DNA of 64,000 bases from Chiloscyllium plagiosum (lineage: Eukaryota): assembly GCF_004010195.1 (NCBI RefSeq), contig NC_057739.1, positions 28,323,239 through 28,387,238 on the forward strand, read 5' to 3'. Shown piece after piece: positions 39,472 to 51,094 of this stretch. The stretch's first letter is position 1. Every line of letters begins with the position of its first letter. A program made the translations under genes and the position numbers. A model generated the notes under the pieces. The model was not told where the DNA came from and did no database searches. It was given only the letters and a program-made list of their open reading frames with translations.

Positions 39472-42121
39472 GTAAGCATACATGCTTTGCTTGTTTTTTG
39501 CCTTAGTACTGACCCAAGTTATGTGTTGTTCTGGAATGTAATACCTACCCTTTGAACTTCATGTATATTTGCAGACAAGAGGTGGGAGTGGTCAGACTCA
39601 CACCCTGACCCTGTCTTGAGTGTATTGTACATTTCGCACTTTGTCTTTTAAAAATAGTGTCTAACTTCCTTCATAAATTTGTGGACAATATAACACGACT
39701 TTTGCAGTTGAGTGGTGCCTCACTTGTTATAAAACATGAAAGTTGATTTTTTTTTGCTCTATATCTGATGCTATGTTGATTCAGTGATGCTCAAAAGTAG
39801 GTAATTGTTCACAAATACTCATGTTTGTTCCATTGATTTTCCTCAACTGCTTTAATTCCATTACTGAGAGTTCATGTGGCCAATTGATTCCTTGGTTGGT
39901 AGACTAAATATGTGACTTAAAGATTTATTGTTAAATAAAAGACATTCTTGCCCATCAAAGATCTGTCTCAAATTTAGTAAACTTGCATTATTATATCAAT
40001 TTTAAATGCTTCCATACCTGTATTGTTCATCTTCACATTGCAGTTCTCTAATTTCTGTGCTTTTTTCCCTTCCATACTTGTCCTGATGCCACTCAGTTAA
40101 GAGGGCAAATACATGCCATATTTTCTACTTGCCAGGAGTGCTTCTTACAGTGATACAGGGAGTTAGCCAGTTGTTGACTTGGGCATGTCACTTTGCTTGA
40201 TTTTTTTTTTAATGTGCTGAAAGAATTGCAGTCAATTTAAATGATCACTGGATATGGGTTGGATCTGTTGTTCAGCATCCATTTCTGCTTAATACCTGAA
40301 AGTAATTTCCCTTTATCTGTGTTTTCCCGTTGGGAAAAATTTTGCTCAAGTACTGACATTTTTTACATCACAATCCAGACTTCAAATTCCTTGTTAAGCT
40401 TTAATGTTAAGATGAAACTTCCTTTTAGTAATTATTTCTTTTCAATGTGACCAGCATCAAAGATTCTACCAATTGCTGCATTAATTAGATATGTTTATGC
40501 ATTATCATTTCTTGTTCTTATTACTTCAATATGCAAAAAAATTGAACATAGAATTATAAAGCAGGAGATGAAACTTTAATCTGGGTATTTTAACTATAAG
40601 TAATGATTTCCACTGCTCTGTATTAAGAAGTTTGGCATTCAGTTAATTTCAGAGCAAGTGTGTTGCAGGCAGCTATAGTTAGTACTACCACATTGAAGTT
40701 TAGTAACCGAGAGCAGACAGGAAGTTCAGATGAATAGTTTTTAAATGTTTAAAAGAGGATACCTGCAGGTCTGGAGATGCTATATAAACATGAAGCAGAA
40801 AGGAATGGAAGTTTGTTGAGTGGGTTAGATGGAAACTAGTGGGTAGAGGCATATTTTGATTATAAATACTATTGCGAACTACTTGGGCTGAATAACTTGT
40901 TTTTTGTGCTGTAGGTTCTAAATTGTGCTTGCCAACAGTTTTAAGTAGAAAGATTACACATATCATCCTCTTAAAATAAGTTTAGAAGTAAGAATCAATT
41001 GAGAACATAAGAACAGGAATATGCAATTTAGCCTTTCAAACTGTTCTGTCATTCATACAGATAATGGCCAATCTTTGATCTATACTTTTCCTCATAGCCC
41101 TGAATACTTTCGCCTAATGTAAATCTGTCAGTCTCAGAATTAAAATCAAAAGTTGACTCCGTATCACTATCATCTATGAAAGAGAGTTCAAAACATCTGA
41201 GATTTTTGGTAACTTGCTTCTGAAAGACCTGTGTATAGTTTTTAACTAATACTGTTTCATTCTGTGTTTCTCAACAAGGTTAACTAATTATTTATCTAAC
41301 CTCTTCCTCTTAATATCATGGAAAGTTGATCAAATTAATCCTTAATCTTGTAATTTCCAAGGATTAAAGTGATGATCTGTGTAATTTCTCCAAATCATTC
41401 AATCTTGAGGTCCAGATATCATTCTAGTAAATCGACTGGGCGCTCCTCCAAGACAAATAGACCTTCCTTAAGAGATGGACTGAACTTTGTACTCCAAGTA
41501 TGACCTCACTAGGGCCTTATACTGCTATAGTGTGATTTACAGTCCTTTGTATTCAAGTCCTCCAAACATTTTCACCTTTTGCAAATAGATTTCTACATCT
41601 CTTTGAACCTCCCTTGCTGCTCGCTTTTAGATTTAGAAAGTTGTTGATCTATGTTCATTAGGTACAAACTTGGTGACATTGCATTTGGCTGCAATGAGAT
41701 CCAAATGCCACTGATTTAATTACTTGCGGTGTTGTCAGATGTTGCCAGACCATTTGAAGTGATAGCCAATCATATCCAGCACACTCTTGAAGAGAAAATT
41801 ATTACACGGATGTGACCAGTTGAGTTATTTCTGGGTTTATCCCGTTGTCATTTTATAGTTGGTAGAAGATGAGAATACGTTGTTGTCTTTTACCTTTGAT
41901 TCTAGTCTGAAACTAATGTAGCACAAGCCTTAAACAGAAATAAATTTGGCCAAGGTGAAAAGGATAAAGCAAAAAACATTCCTGTAAACTTTACAATCTT
42001 TGTAATCTTTTCTCAATCAGCAATAATCACTGAAGCTTGTTGCAATTTGGTGAATCTTAATAGGCTTGCAATAAATGTAATAGTTATTTTTATTAATTAA
42101 AACTAAACTTATTTTTCAAAG

Positions 42122-42314
42122 GTTAATTTTGCACGACATGTAAAGTCAAGGGACCTGCTAAGAGAAGAGGACAAGATGGCTCTGGAGAATCTTATCATTA
42201 ATCTTCCTCAACCCAGAGCAGGGAAGAGCAATAGCCTTGAGCTGACTCCCTCCAGCACACCCCAGCTATCCCCTGCAACTACTCCAGCCAACAAAAAAAA
42301 TAGACTTCAAATAG
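42122..42314 (+). CDS. GAPVD1: GAPVD1 coding exon 5, 193 nt
   Basis: atttttcaaag|GTT VNFARHVKSRDLLREEDKMALENLIINLPQPRAGKSNSLELTPSSTPQLSPATTPANKKNRLQI G|GTACGA; phase 0-1. Confidence 0.95.
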
Positions 42315-44318
42315 GTACGAGATGCAGCTGTTTTACTTGAACCTATGAGGAGTGTAGCTTTAATTTTGCAATGCAATATGTCAAATATTGTTTAGGTACA
42401 TTGATTAAGTATTCTGGATATATACGTTTGTGCTTTGTACCAGAATTTTGCAGAATACTTATTTTTTGCTCGTAAGATTAAAAGTGTTGCTTATGAAAGT
42501 GAAAAGAATGTTAAGTTCCTCATGATTTGGAGACTAAAACAATAAAAGTGGAGATTTGAGGATGTTGTCAGAAATTATCTTTTGCAACTACGAAGAAAGA
42601 TTGGATAGATATGTCTTGTTTACTTTGGAACAGAATAGCCCAAAGAATGATTTGCTTAAGCTGTGTAAAATTAGGGGCCTAAATAAAGTGGATAGAAAAC
42701 CCCAAGAATGGATCAGTAACCAAGGGACATATTTTTCAAGTGGTTACTACAAGATTGTAGGGAAATGAATAATATTTTTAGATAAAGAGAAATGGGAATC
42801 CAGAACTCCACCTGAAGTGTGGCACTGGTCGAATGCCTCATTTAAAAAAAAAACACTTGTGTATGACATTTGAAGTACGTACCTACAAAGTTTGAAGATT
42901 TGGGTTAGATTAGATATCACTTTTTTCATCGTTTAATTTATAATAAGTCAGAAGGGTGATTCCTGCACCCCGTGTTTTTCTTCAGTTATGCAACAGGACA
43001 TAGTGTACTTAACTGGAGGCAACTTTGGGATTTCTGTACCAATTGCTCCAAACATCAGCCTTGTTTGTGTTTGGTTTTGATACTAGTGTCTGGTTCTTGA
43101 TACATAAGTGCCACGTTCTTGATACATAAGTGTTACATATCTTTGAAACCTCCACTTATAATTTAGACGTTTTCAATTGAAAAAAATGACAAAGATCTGC
43201 TTATAAATCAAGACTTCAAATATATGATTATCCTTTGGGTGCAGGTTTCTTGTTTAATGTTACCACACAATGTGGTGTGTATTGACTAGCAACGCTTTGC
43301 TTTTAGATAATACATTGAACAAATTTGCAAATTTATGTTCTCGTTCATTCATTTCAATGTAAATGGTTTAGTTGTAAAGCTGGAGGACGTGCTCACCTGG
43401 GCTGTGTAGCATGTCCATCACTAAGAAATGTATCGTTATTGTTTCTTGATGAATAAGAATCCTTTCTGCATTCACATATTCAAAGATGTTTAGGAGCAAG
43501 CAAATTGCCTTTGGAGCATTTTCTTCATGTTATCATGCTTTTTACTGGTTGCCAGGGACTGTATTTAACTGTTTCCATCATGAAATCACTTAACATACGT
43601 TCTCCTTACCATAAGTAAATTTGTTTGCTTATCTTGCACACTTCTAATAATGACTCAGTATGACTTTTAGTGGGTGTATTTATAAACAAGATTTCTTGGT
43701 CACTTGTGTTTTCTTTAAATAGTTGCTTTCTGTTAAGATTTCTACTCTCCTTTTAATAACACTGATTTGTATAGGGGTGTGGTTGCATGGTTGCTGTCCA
43801 ACTCCTTCGCAAAATGGCCATATGTCATGTGGTTCTTTTTGAGAGGGCAACCCAGCTAAACTTGATTTTTGCCCATCCCTTTTTCAAATATTTCATTCTT
43901 TGGGATGTGAGCAGAACTGGGAAGGTTAGCATTTGCTGCCCCCTCTCATTGTCCTGATGATGCCTTGAGAGAACAATTAAGAGGGAACTAAATTTGTGTG
44001 TGATTGGTGACTTAATGAAGGCAAGTAAGGATAATGGGTTAATTTTAGCAAGTTCTGTTCTAACACTTAATAATAAACATGTTTCTCTTAATGATTTCAA
44101 ATTCTCAAAGCAGCAGGTCTTTTTATTTTCCTTGGCAAATAGCCTGACGAATTTCAAACTTATTCTTGATCGGTGTACTAATATAATCACCATACAATTG
44201 TCCCATTAGTTTCCAGCAAGCTGAGGAACAATGATACAATCTAACTTCCCCATATGGTGATGCAACGATCAGGTCAATGATGGTTTTCCCGTTGCTGATC
44301 GGAGCAAAAACACATGGA

Positions 44319-44437
44319 TCAGGCCTGTTCTTAAACAAAACCAGAAATTGCTGAAGAAAGTCAGCAGGTCTGGCAGCAGTAGAGGAAAAGTAGAGTCAAC
44401 ATTTCAAGATCAGTGACCTTCCTTCAGTCCTGTTCTT
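44319..44437 (-). mobile_element. Older single-arm PLE mini-insert, 14-bp TSD with one mismatch
   Basis: TCAGGCCTGTTCTT 44319-44332 versus TCAGTCCTGTTCTT 44424-44437; cagcaggtctggcagca body. Confidence 0.7.
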
Positions 44438-45448
44438 GTTTTATTGATGAATTGATCACTGTTTTTTAACAATTTTTATTTTCAGTTCTCCCTCAAATCC
44501 TATTATTGTCAGCTGAAACTATAAATTTTAATGTCTGTTTCATTTTGCCCTGTTTCTAATCCAGTTTCGTTCAATATGATGCAGAGCTTCCATTCATGCA
44601 TCAAATTAAAACAAAGCATCAGACCTTAGATTTGCAACTTTCAAATGATTAGCAATGTAATGTTTTAGTCTAGTTTTTTCCTGTTCATAATATGCCAACT
44701 GAAATCAATGTGAAGAAAACTAATTTAGCTTTTTCATCTTTAAATGTTTGACATTTCTACTTAGAACTTCAATCAAACAGAATATTTCTTGGCAGCATCA
44801 CAACTGCTTTGCGTATGCTGACAAAATAATGTGTAACTGAAAGTAAAACAAATCCAATCCCCTCTTCTTCCTGGAGACTTTGTCAGAATTGCTTTAACTC
44901 ATTTGCTAGGAACAATGTAATTCATGTGATATTCATTTCGTGAAACAAAACTCCTTCCTTATGCTTGTTATGCATGCTGAGTTGTTGGCTGAATCCAGCA
45001 TTCACAAATTGCAGCTGATTTTCTAACATTTCCTGCATGATCAGTGCTTGTTTATATTTTGAGTGCATCCTGCCAAGTCTGACAATTGCAATCATACCAC
45101 TTTTAATAATATGTGAAGAAAAAAGCTTCCTTTTTATTTTTCTTTGATTTGGCAAACAGCCTTGTGCTAATTATGTCCCGTTTTGACTGGGATATCCTCA
45201 CAAATCGATGCAAGTTAGACGTGATGTTGCAGATGAACCTTTAAATACTGTTTGAAAAAAGTTTGGATCAGGACATGCTCTGAATTTTGTCTATTGGAAA
45301 CGTTGACTTTATTCTTGATATTTGTTGGCTATTGATTATGTTTTGATGAAGAGGAGCATATAAATATACTAAAAAGTAGTGGCTATGAATTTTAATTTAG
45401 TTAATTAACATTTTGGTTTCCCTTTCTTTTAATGCTGCATTCACTCAG

Positions 45449-45529
45449 GACAACAATTAGCAGCCATTACTGCTTGGGATACTTCAGCTACAAATCTGAC
45501 TGCTCACATTCCCCTTGTTACTCCATTTG
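45449..45529 (+). CDS. GAPVD1: GAPVD1 frame-preserving cassette exon, 81 nt (27 aa)
   Basis: cactcag|GA...TTT G|GTGGGT; phase 1-1, matching both flanking exons. No stop: (G)QQLAAITAWDTSATNLTAHIPLVTPF. Resembles an insert I recall from vertebrate GAPVD1 isoforms. Confidence 0.82.
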
Positions 45530-45809
45530 GTGGGTAACTCCTTCATGCAAAGAGGCTTCCAGAAATGCTAGAATACTGTCAAGATCTTGAACATATTATA
45601 TAGTCTACTGGAATTACTAAAGGGCATTTTGAGTGTCTTGTATTCTGGGTGCTTTTCAGTTGTGACCACTGCATAGAAAACTGATCTGTTTATGAGATGC
45701 AATGAAAAATAGTGTAAAAATTTTGGCAAAATACTTGTTAAAATCAGTTCAAATTCCATGAAATTTGGAGATAGGTTTAAGCTGGGAAAAGAAGAAAATG
45801 TTCGGAGTT

Positions 45810-46390
45810 GATTGCACTGGAGGAGATTGCAAAGGAGATTTGCCAGGATATCACCTGGGATGGAGCATTTCAACCAGAAAGTGAGGCTGAATAAGTGAGG
45901 TACCTGAAGGGTCAGTAACAAGGGGGGAAGGAGGGCATAATTTTAAAGATAAGCCAAGAGTTTTAGAGCGGATTTAAGGAAAAACATGTTCACCCAGAGG
46001 GTGGTGGGAGTCTTGAATATACTGTCTGGAAGAGGAGTCATAGAGCATGGGGAAACAGACTCTTTGGTCCAACCAGTCCATGCCAACCATAATACTAAAC
46101 TAAACCAGTCCCACCTGCCTGTGCTTTGCCCATATCCCACCAAACATTTCTCATTTGTGTACTAATTCAAGTGTCTTTAAAACATTGTAACTGTACCTGC
46201 ATCCACCACTATTTCTTGAGATAGGAAACCTCACTACCTTTAAAAAATACTTCAGTGATCACTTGAAGTGTCATAACATTCAAGGCTATGGGCCTTTGTG
46301 GGAAAATGGGGACTAGTGTAGCTGATGGTAGTGTATTTTTGGTGCAGTCTTAATGGGTTGAAGGGCCACTTTTTGTACTATATGATTTGA
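45810..46390 (+). mobile_element. CR1 3' end with an opposite-strand CR1 tail nested at ~46036-46220
   Basis: ggagattcaccaggat-like ORF2 end, ttcacccagagggtggtg, and nested gagtcatagagcatggggaaacagac. Confidence 0.75.
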
Positions 46391-46399
46391 GGTTTCTGT

Positions 46400-46580
46400 T
46401 TTATCTATAACAAACAATGACTTTATCACTGGTCTTTGTTGGCTATCGATTGCATTTAGATGAAAAAAGAAAGTGTAAACGTAATTAAGCAGTGGCTATG
46501 ATTTTTAATCGACGTAATTAACATGCATTTGGTTTCCTTTCTTTTAAAGCTGCATACACTCAGGACAATAATTAGCAACA
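46400..46580 (+). pseudogene. Diverged local duplicate of the cassette-exon acceptor region with truncated pseudo-exon
   Basis: Aligns by eye to ~45290-45465 (tttgttggctat, agtggctatg, taattaaca, ttggtttcc-tttcttttaa, gctgcat-cactcagGACAA-AATTAGCA). CAA is changed to TAA at 46569-46571. Confidence 0.85.
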
Positions 46581-47350
46581 ATTTCAGACATTATTGACAT
46601 CCATTTAATAAATATTTTCATTAAGTGTTGCCAAGCCAGTTTTGAAGAAACATCAAAATGGTTGACTTAGTCTATAAAATTACATTGAATATTTCAAGTG
46701 ATGCATCTAAATACCAATCTGATTTTGTAAAGTATGGATATTTAAGTGTGCTAGGATCATGGGAGGAGTGGTCCGTGAGGTGACCTCAATGAAGTCAGCC
46801 CATCAACAAAAGATGATGCCCGGGAATTGGCAGCTTTGTCATTGGCTGGGTCCTGCGGTAGGGCATCATGGCAACATTGAGGTGGGCTATGGTGAGAGAC
46901 TTAATTGTGTCTGGCGCAGGCGGTTGCAGAGGTCAATCGGCCCAGCAGCAAAAGATGGTGCCTGAGCATCAATGACTTCGACATTAGTTGGGTCTGCCGT
47001 AATGGAGGCAAGGCAGTGGTGGTTCTGAGCTGGCTCACAACTTGAACATAGATGGACTTTTCTCTTTTTAAGCTATATCTTTTCATATTTCCCTGTTTCT
47101 TAAACAATGAAAATTGAGCTGTATTGTCGTGACAATTGAAAGTTTTTCACTGTAAAGTACATGTAACAAAATCATTGATTCATTTTATTCAGTCAATCTA
47201 CTGTGCAGAACTTGAATGACACTTGTGATCCACCTACATCTGCCAATTTTAGGCTGAGACAATGCTGATGAAGGAAATTCTCGTGATCACATTTTGGAAC
47301 CCACCCCAACTCCCTAGCTTAAGTGTTAATGTTATCCTAATTGATAGTTA

Positions 47351-48048
47351 TGTTATGACACTGGGTAAATCCTCCTAATTAAACCAACATCACAGAAAAG
47401 CTCACTTCGCCTCGTAATCTGCTAAAGTAGGAGTGACTGAGGACTACCCCAAATTCCATTATTTAAAGAAAAAATAACAATTTTATCCTTTAATTCCAAA
47501 AGTGAACATAAACAACAACTATTTACAACTCTGAGCCTTCTATGTCTGAAAGATTTGTTATCGACCTCCCACTCTATAACAATATACTGGTCTGATAAAA
47601 CCCCTATTAAATTTACAGCAAATCAATTTTCAAAACCAGACAGCAGTGTCAGTCCTCCTCTGTTAATCTCCTTGGGTCTGTTGTACAAATTTTTCATGTG
47701 ACAAAGGTAGCTTTTAGAGAGAGGGTTGCGGGCCGTCTGTTGATGGCAGAAGGTGCTCTTTCTCTGGCTAGCTGTCCAAAATGCCTGCTCGTTATACCCC
47801 AAAATGTTGGATCGTCTCATTGGTTTGATGTTGTCAAAACAATAAAATTGATCTTTGTTTTGGTTTTTGTGTCTTGGGTCATAATGTAAACTGGTTAAAT
47901 TCAGACTGCTGTGAAAAGAGCTCCTGTATCTAAGTTACAGCTCAAATGCTACATCTTCAAATTGTCCAATACACTTTGTGCCTGACAGGTGCATGCCATC
48001 TTTCACTCTTTCTTAAAGGTACAGTGCACTCCTTCAATTTCATAACCA
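47351..48048. mobile_element. Probable solo LTR
   Basis: Begins TGTTATGA and ends TCATAAC(C)A (terminal inverted repeat). No clear TSD. Confidence 0.5.
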
Positions 48049-48857
48049 ATTGAAGTCCCAGTAATAGCACTTGATTATTCTTGCAGATGTGGGATTTCTA
48101 TCTGTCTGACAAATAGGACTATGGATTAACCTCGAGTAGTCTGATTTTCTTCTGAATTGTCACTGGATAAACTCTGTCTTTGTCTTTGTCTCTTTCAGTC
48201 TCTTTCCAACACTGCAATTTCTTGTACTGATCTATATTGTTAACCTACCTATCTTCCTTTATTCCTTCTCAGTCGTCTCTGCAGACTTGGCATTCTTATA
48301 TGCCAAGTGTCCAGTGCTCTCCAGTTTTAAGTTAGACTTCCCTTATTGCCATTACTTTGTATTCCCACATTGATAATTATGTCTGTAGCTCACAAACATT
48401 CACTACACTACTTACCTAAGTATTTTGTAATCTTGTCGTTGTTTGTCTTTATTCATCCATTCCTTTTCTAATATGTCACTCCCTTCTGTACTGTCCAACA
48501 CTTCCACCTAATGCACCTTATTTTTTGCCTACTTCTATATGCTGATCTCCATCTACAGTCAAGTTAGTTCAAATTCTCCCAGAAGCACAAGGAAACCTCC
48601 TCTCGAGGGGGGACATTTGTGCACAAGGTTGTCTAAAAGACATGATGTCCTTCACCTACCTATGCAAAATAAAATCATCAGTCAAACAGTTGGTCTCAAA
48701 GAAGATGCTTTTATATTGAGTAAATGTTTTTTTGCTGAGAATGCAAGAATTCAAGCTTTGAAATTTATTATCCATTCCAAATCTACCCAAGAGCTGATTG
48801 TGAACAATATCTTTGAAGCACCAGTGTCTTGGCACTCCATTGCTACTAGCCTTCTTG

Positions 48858-49030
48858 CCTATCTGTGATGTGTTGCTGGAAAAGCACAGCAGGTCAGGCA
48901 GCATCCGAGGAGCAGAATGGCTCCAGCCTGAAATGTCGATTTTCCTGCTCCTTGGATGCTTTTCCAGCAACACACACTCCACTCTGATCTCCAGCAACTG
49001 CAGACCTCACTGTCTCCTATCTGTGATGTG
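48858..49030. mobile_element. Internally deleted PLE family-1 palindrome with 15-bp TSD
   Basis: TSD CCTATCTGTGATGTG at 48858-48872 and 49016-49030; inverted tgtgttgctggaaaagca / tgcttttccagcaacaca. Confidence 0.88.
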
Positions 49031-49190
49031 CCTAGTTGAGTGATAGTTATTTACATTGAGGTTTTTGTATTTACTTTCTATTATGTGCAATTTTTTTTAA
49101 AGTGGAGCTTAGCTCTGTTAAATCATCTGTATTCTTAGTAATTTGAATAAGTTGAGACTTGAGCTGATTGGTTGCTAATTTATTTTGCAG

Positions 49191-49351
49191 CTGGAAGGAA
49201 TAGGGGCCGGACAAATGAAGCAAAAGAGCAACACTTCGACCATGAAAGTTCAAGCCAGGAGCCTTTGCAGGAGGTCCATCCTGAAGAAGTATTGGTTATT
49301 TCACTGGGCATTACCTCTCAGATGTCACCTGGCATGATGTCAGAAAATGAG
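49191..49351 (+). CDS. GAPVD1: GAPVD1 coding exon, 161 nt
   Basis: tattttgcag|CT (A)GRNRGRTNEAKEQHFDHESSSQEPLQEVHPEEVLVISLGITSQMSPGMMSENE GAG|GTACAA; phase 1-0. Confidence 0.95.
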
Positions 49352-49364
49352 GTACAACAGTTTA

Positions 49365-50060
49365 TTTTAAAAATTCGTTAATGGGATGTGGACATCGCTG
49401 GCTAGGCTGGCATTTGTTACCCAATACTTGTTGCCCTAGAGAAAACGGTAGTGGGCTGCCACCTTGACTTGCTGTAATCAATGGGATTCAGTGACATTCA
49501 CAGTGCTGCTTTGAAAAAGGATTTGCAGAATTTTGACCGAGTGACTGTGAAGGAATAGTGATATAGTTCCAAGTCAGGTTGGAGAGTGGCTTTCAGGTGA
49601 TGATGGTCCTATGCTTCTGCCTTTTCTCTCCCAGATGGTTGAGACTAAGGGTGTGGAAGGTGATGTCTGAGGAGCTTTGAGTTACTGTGATGAATCTTGC
49701 AAATGGTATACACCACTGTTCCTGTGTGGTGTTGATGAAGAGAGTGAATGTTCATGGTGATGGCTTGGGTTCCAGTCAAATAGGAAGCATCCTGATTGAT
49801 GTTGGTGATGCACTCGTCCAGACAAGTGGCCAATACTCTATCAAACTCATTACTTGTGTTTGATGGATGGCACTGCAGAAACAGAAAATGTTACATGGCA
49901 TGGAATTCTTAATCTCTGACCTGCATTTGTAGCCACAGTACATACTTGGCTGTTCCAGTTCCATTTCTGGTGAATGGCAAAATCCAGAATGTAGATAATG
50001 GGGGATTCAGGATGGTCATGCCATTGAGCGTCAAGGAATGATGATTAGATTCTGATCTGT
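49365..50060 (-). mobile_element. 3' end of second LINE family, starting ~14 nt after the exon donor
   Basis: gggatgtggacatcgctggctaggctggcatttgttaccca tail; colinear with 8870-9650. Confidence 0.8.
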
Positions 50061-50063
50061 TGG

Positions 50064-50355
50064 ACATGATGTGGCGGTGCCTGTGTTGGACTGGGGTGGA
50101 CAAACTTAAAAATCACACAACCCCAGGTGATAGTCCAACGGTTTATTTGGAAGCGCTAGCTTTCAGAGTGCTGCTCCTTCATCGGGTAGTTGTTGAGCAG
50201 AACCATAAGACACAGAACTTATAGCAAAAGATTAGTGTCGTGCAACTGAAATGATGTATTGAACAAACCTAGATTGCTGTTAAGTCTTTCATCTTTTAGA
50301 ATGGGTTGCAGGTTTCGGTTCATTAATAAATAAATCCCAGAACTACTTTAAATTT
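50064..50355 (-). mobile_element. PLE family-2 3' fragment including tail
   Basis: Matches the 18778-19050 arm and tail, and continues beyond the point where that copy folds back (cacagaacttatagc). Confidence 0.85.
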
Positions 50356-50357
50356 AT

Positions 50358-50502
50358 AGCTCAGGTTGAGGGTCTGGATGCAGGTTGTTTGCTGAGCTGG
50401 AAGATTTGTTTTTCAGACGTTTCTTCACCATACTAGGTATCATCTTCAGTGATGAAACGTCTGAAAATGAACCTTCCAGTTCAGCGAGCAAACTGACATC
50501 CT
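50358..50502. mobile_element. PLE family-3 imperfect palindrome
   Basis: Inverted gctgagctggaag..ttttcagacgtttc / gaaacgtctgaaaa..cttccagttcagc. Minus strand CTGAAGA-T-gatACC-tagtat-GGTgaa-GAAA-CG-TC. Confidence 0.7.
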
Positions 50503-51094
50503 GAGAAGGAGATGTTGAGTTTGTGTGGATTAATATTGTATATTGGGAAGTTTGGTTGCAAAAATGTAATGGTCAAAAGTTTTGAGAAATGTCTCTGCCT
50601 TCTGAAATTTCAAGAAATAAACTTTGACTATATTTTTAATTCTGAGTTATCATAGCCTCAGATACTCCTATTCAGCAGGAGGCCTTCGGAACCATTATTG
50701 ACAAAAGCAGAAAATTAATTATTTTAAAATTATTTTCCCTGACCTATTTGATTTATTAGTATTGTGATGTAAATAAGAACAGCAACCGGTATTTAAAGGT
50801 ATGCTGCCTGACAACCTTGGAGAATGCAAAAGATGAGGAATTTGTCATGAACAGCTGAGACTGGAAGGATTAAATAAAGGTTGTGATGAGGAGCTGCTGA
50901 AATATGGGTCATTTCATGGATGCAGTAGATTATGTAATTCACAAGTTGATAATGTAAAGTAAACTTAACTGTACATAAATAGGACCTAGAAATATAATGT
51001 TTGAAGTTTCAAAAAAAAAAATGCTAGTAATAGTACCTGGGGTTCTTTGTTACTTAAGGTAGATTGTTTTCTCATGAGTTGTCATTAAGCTTTG

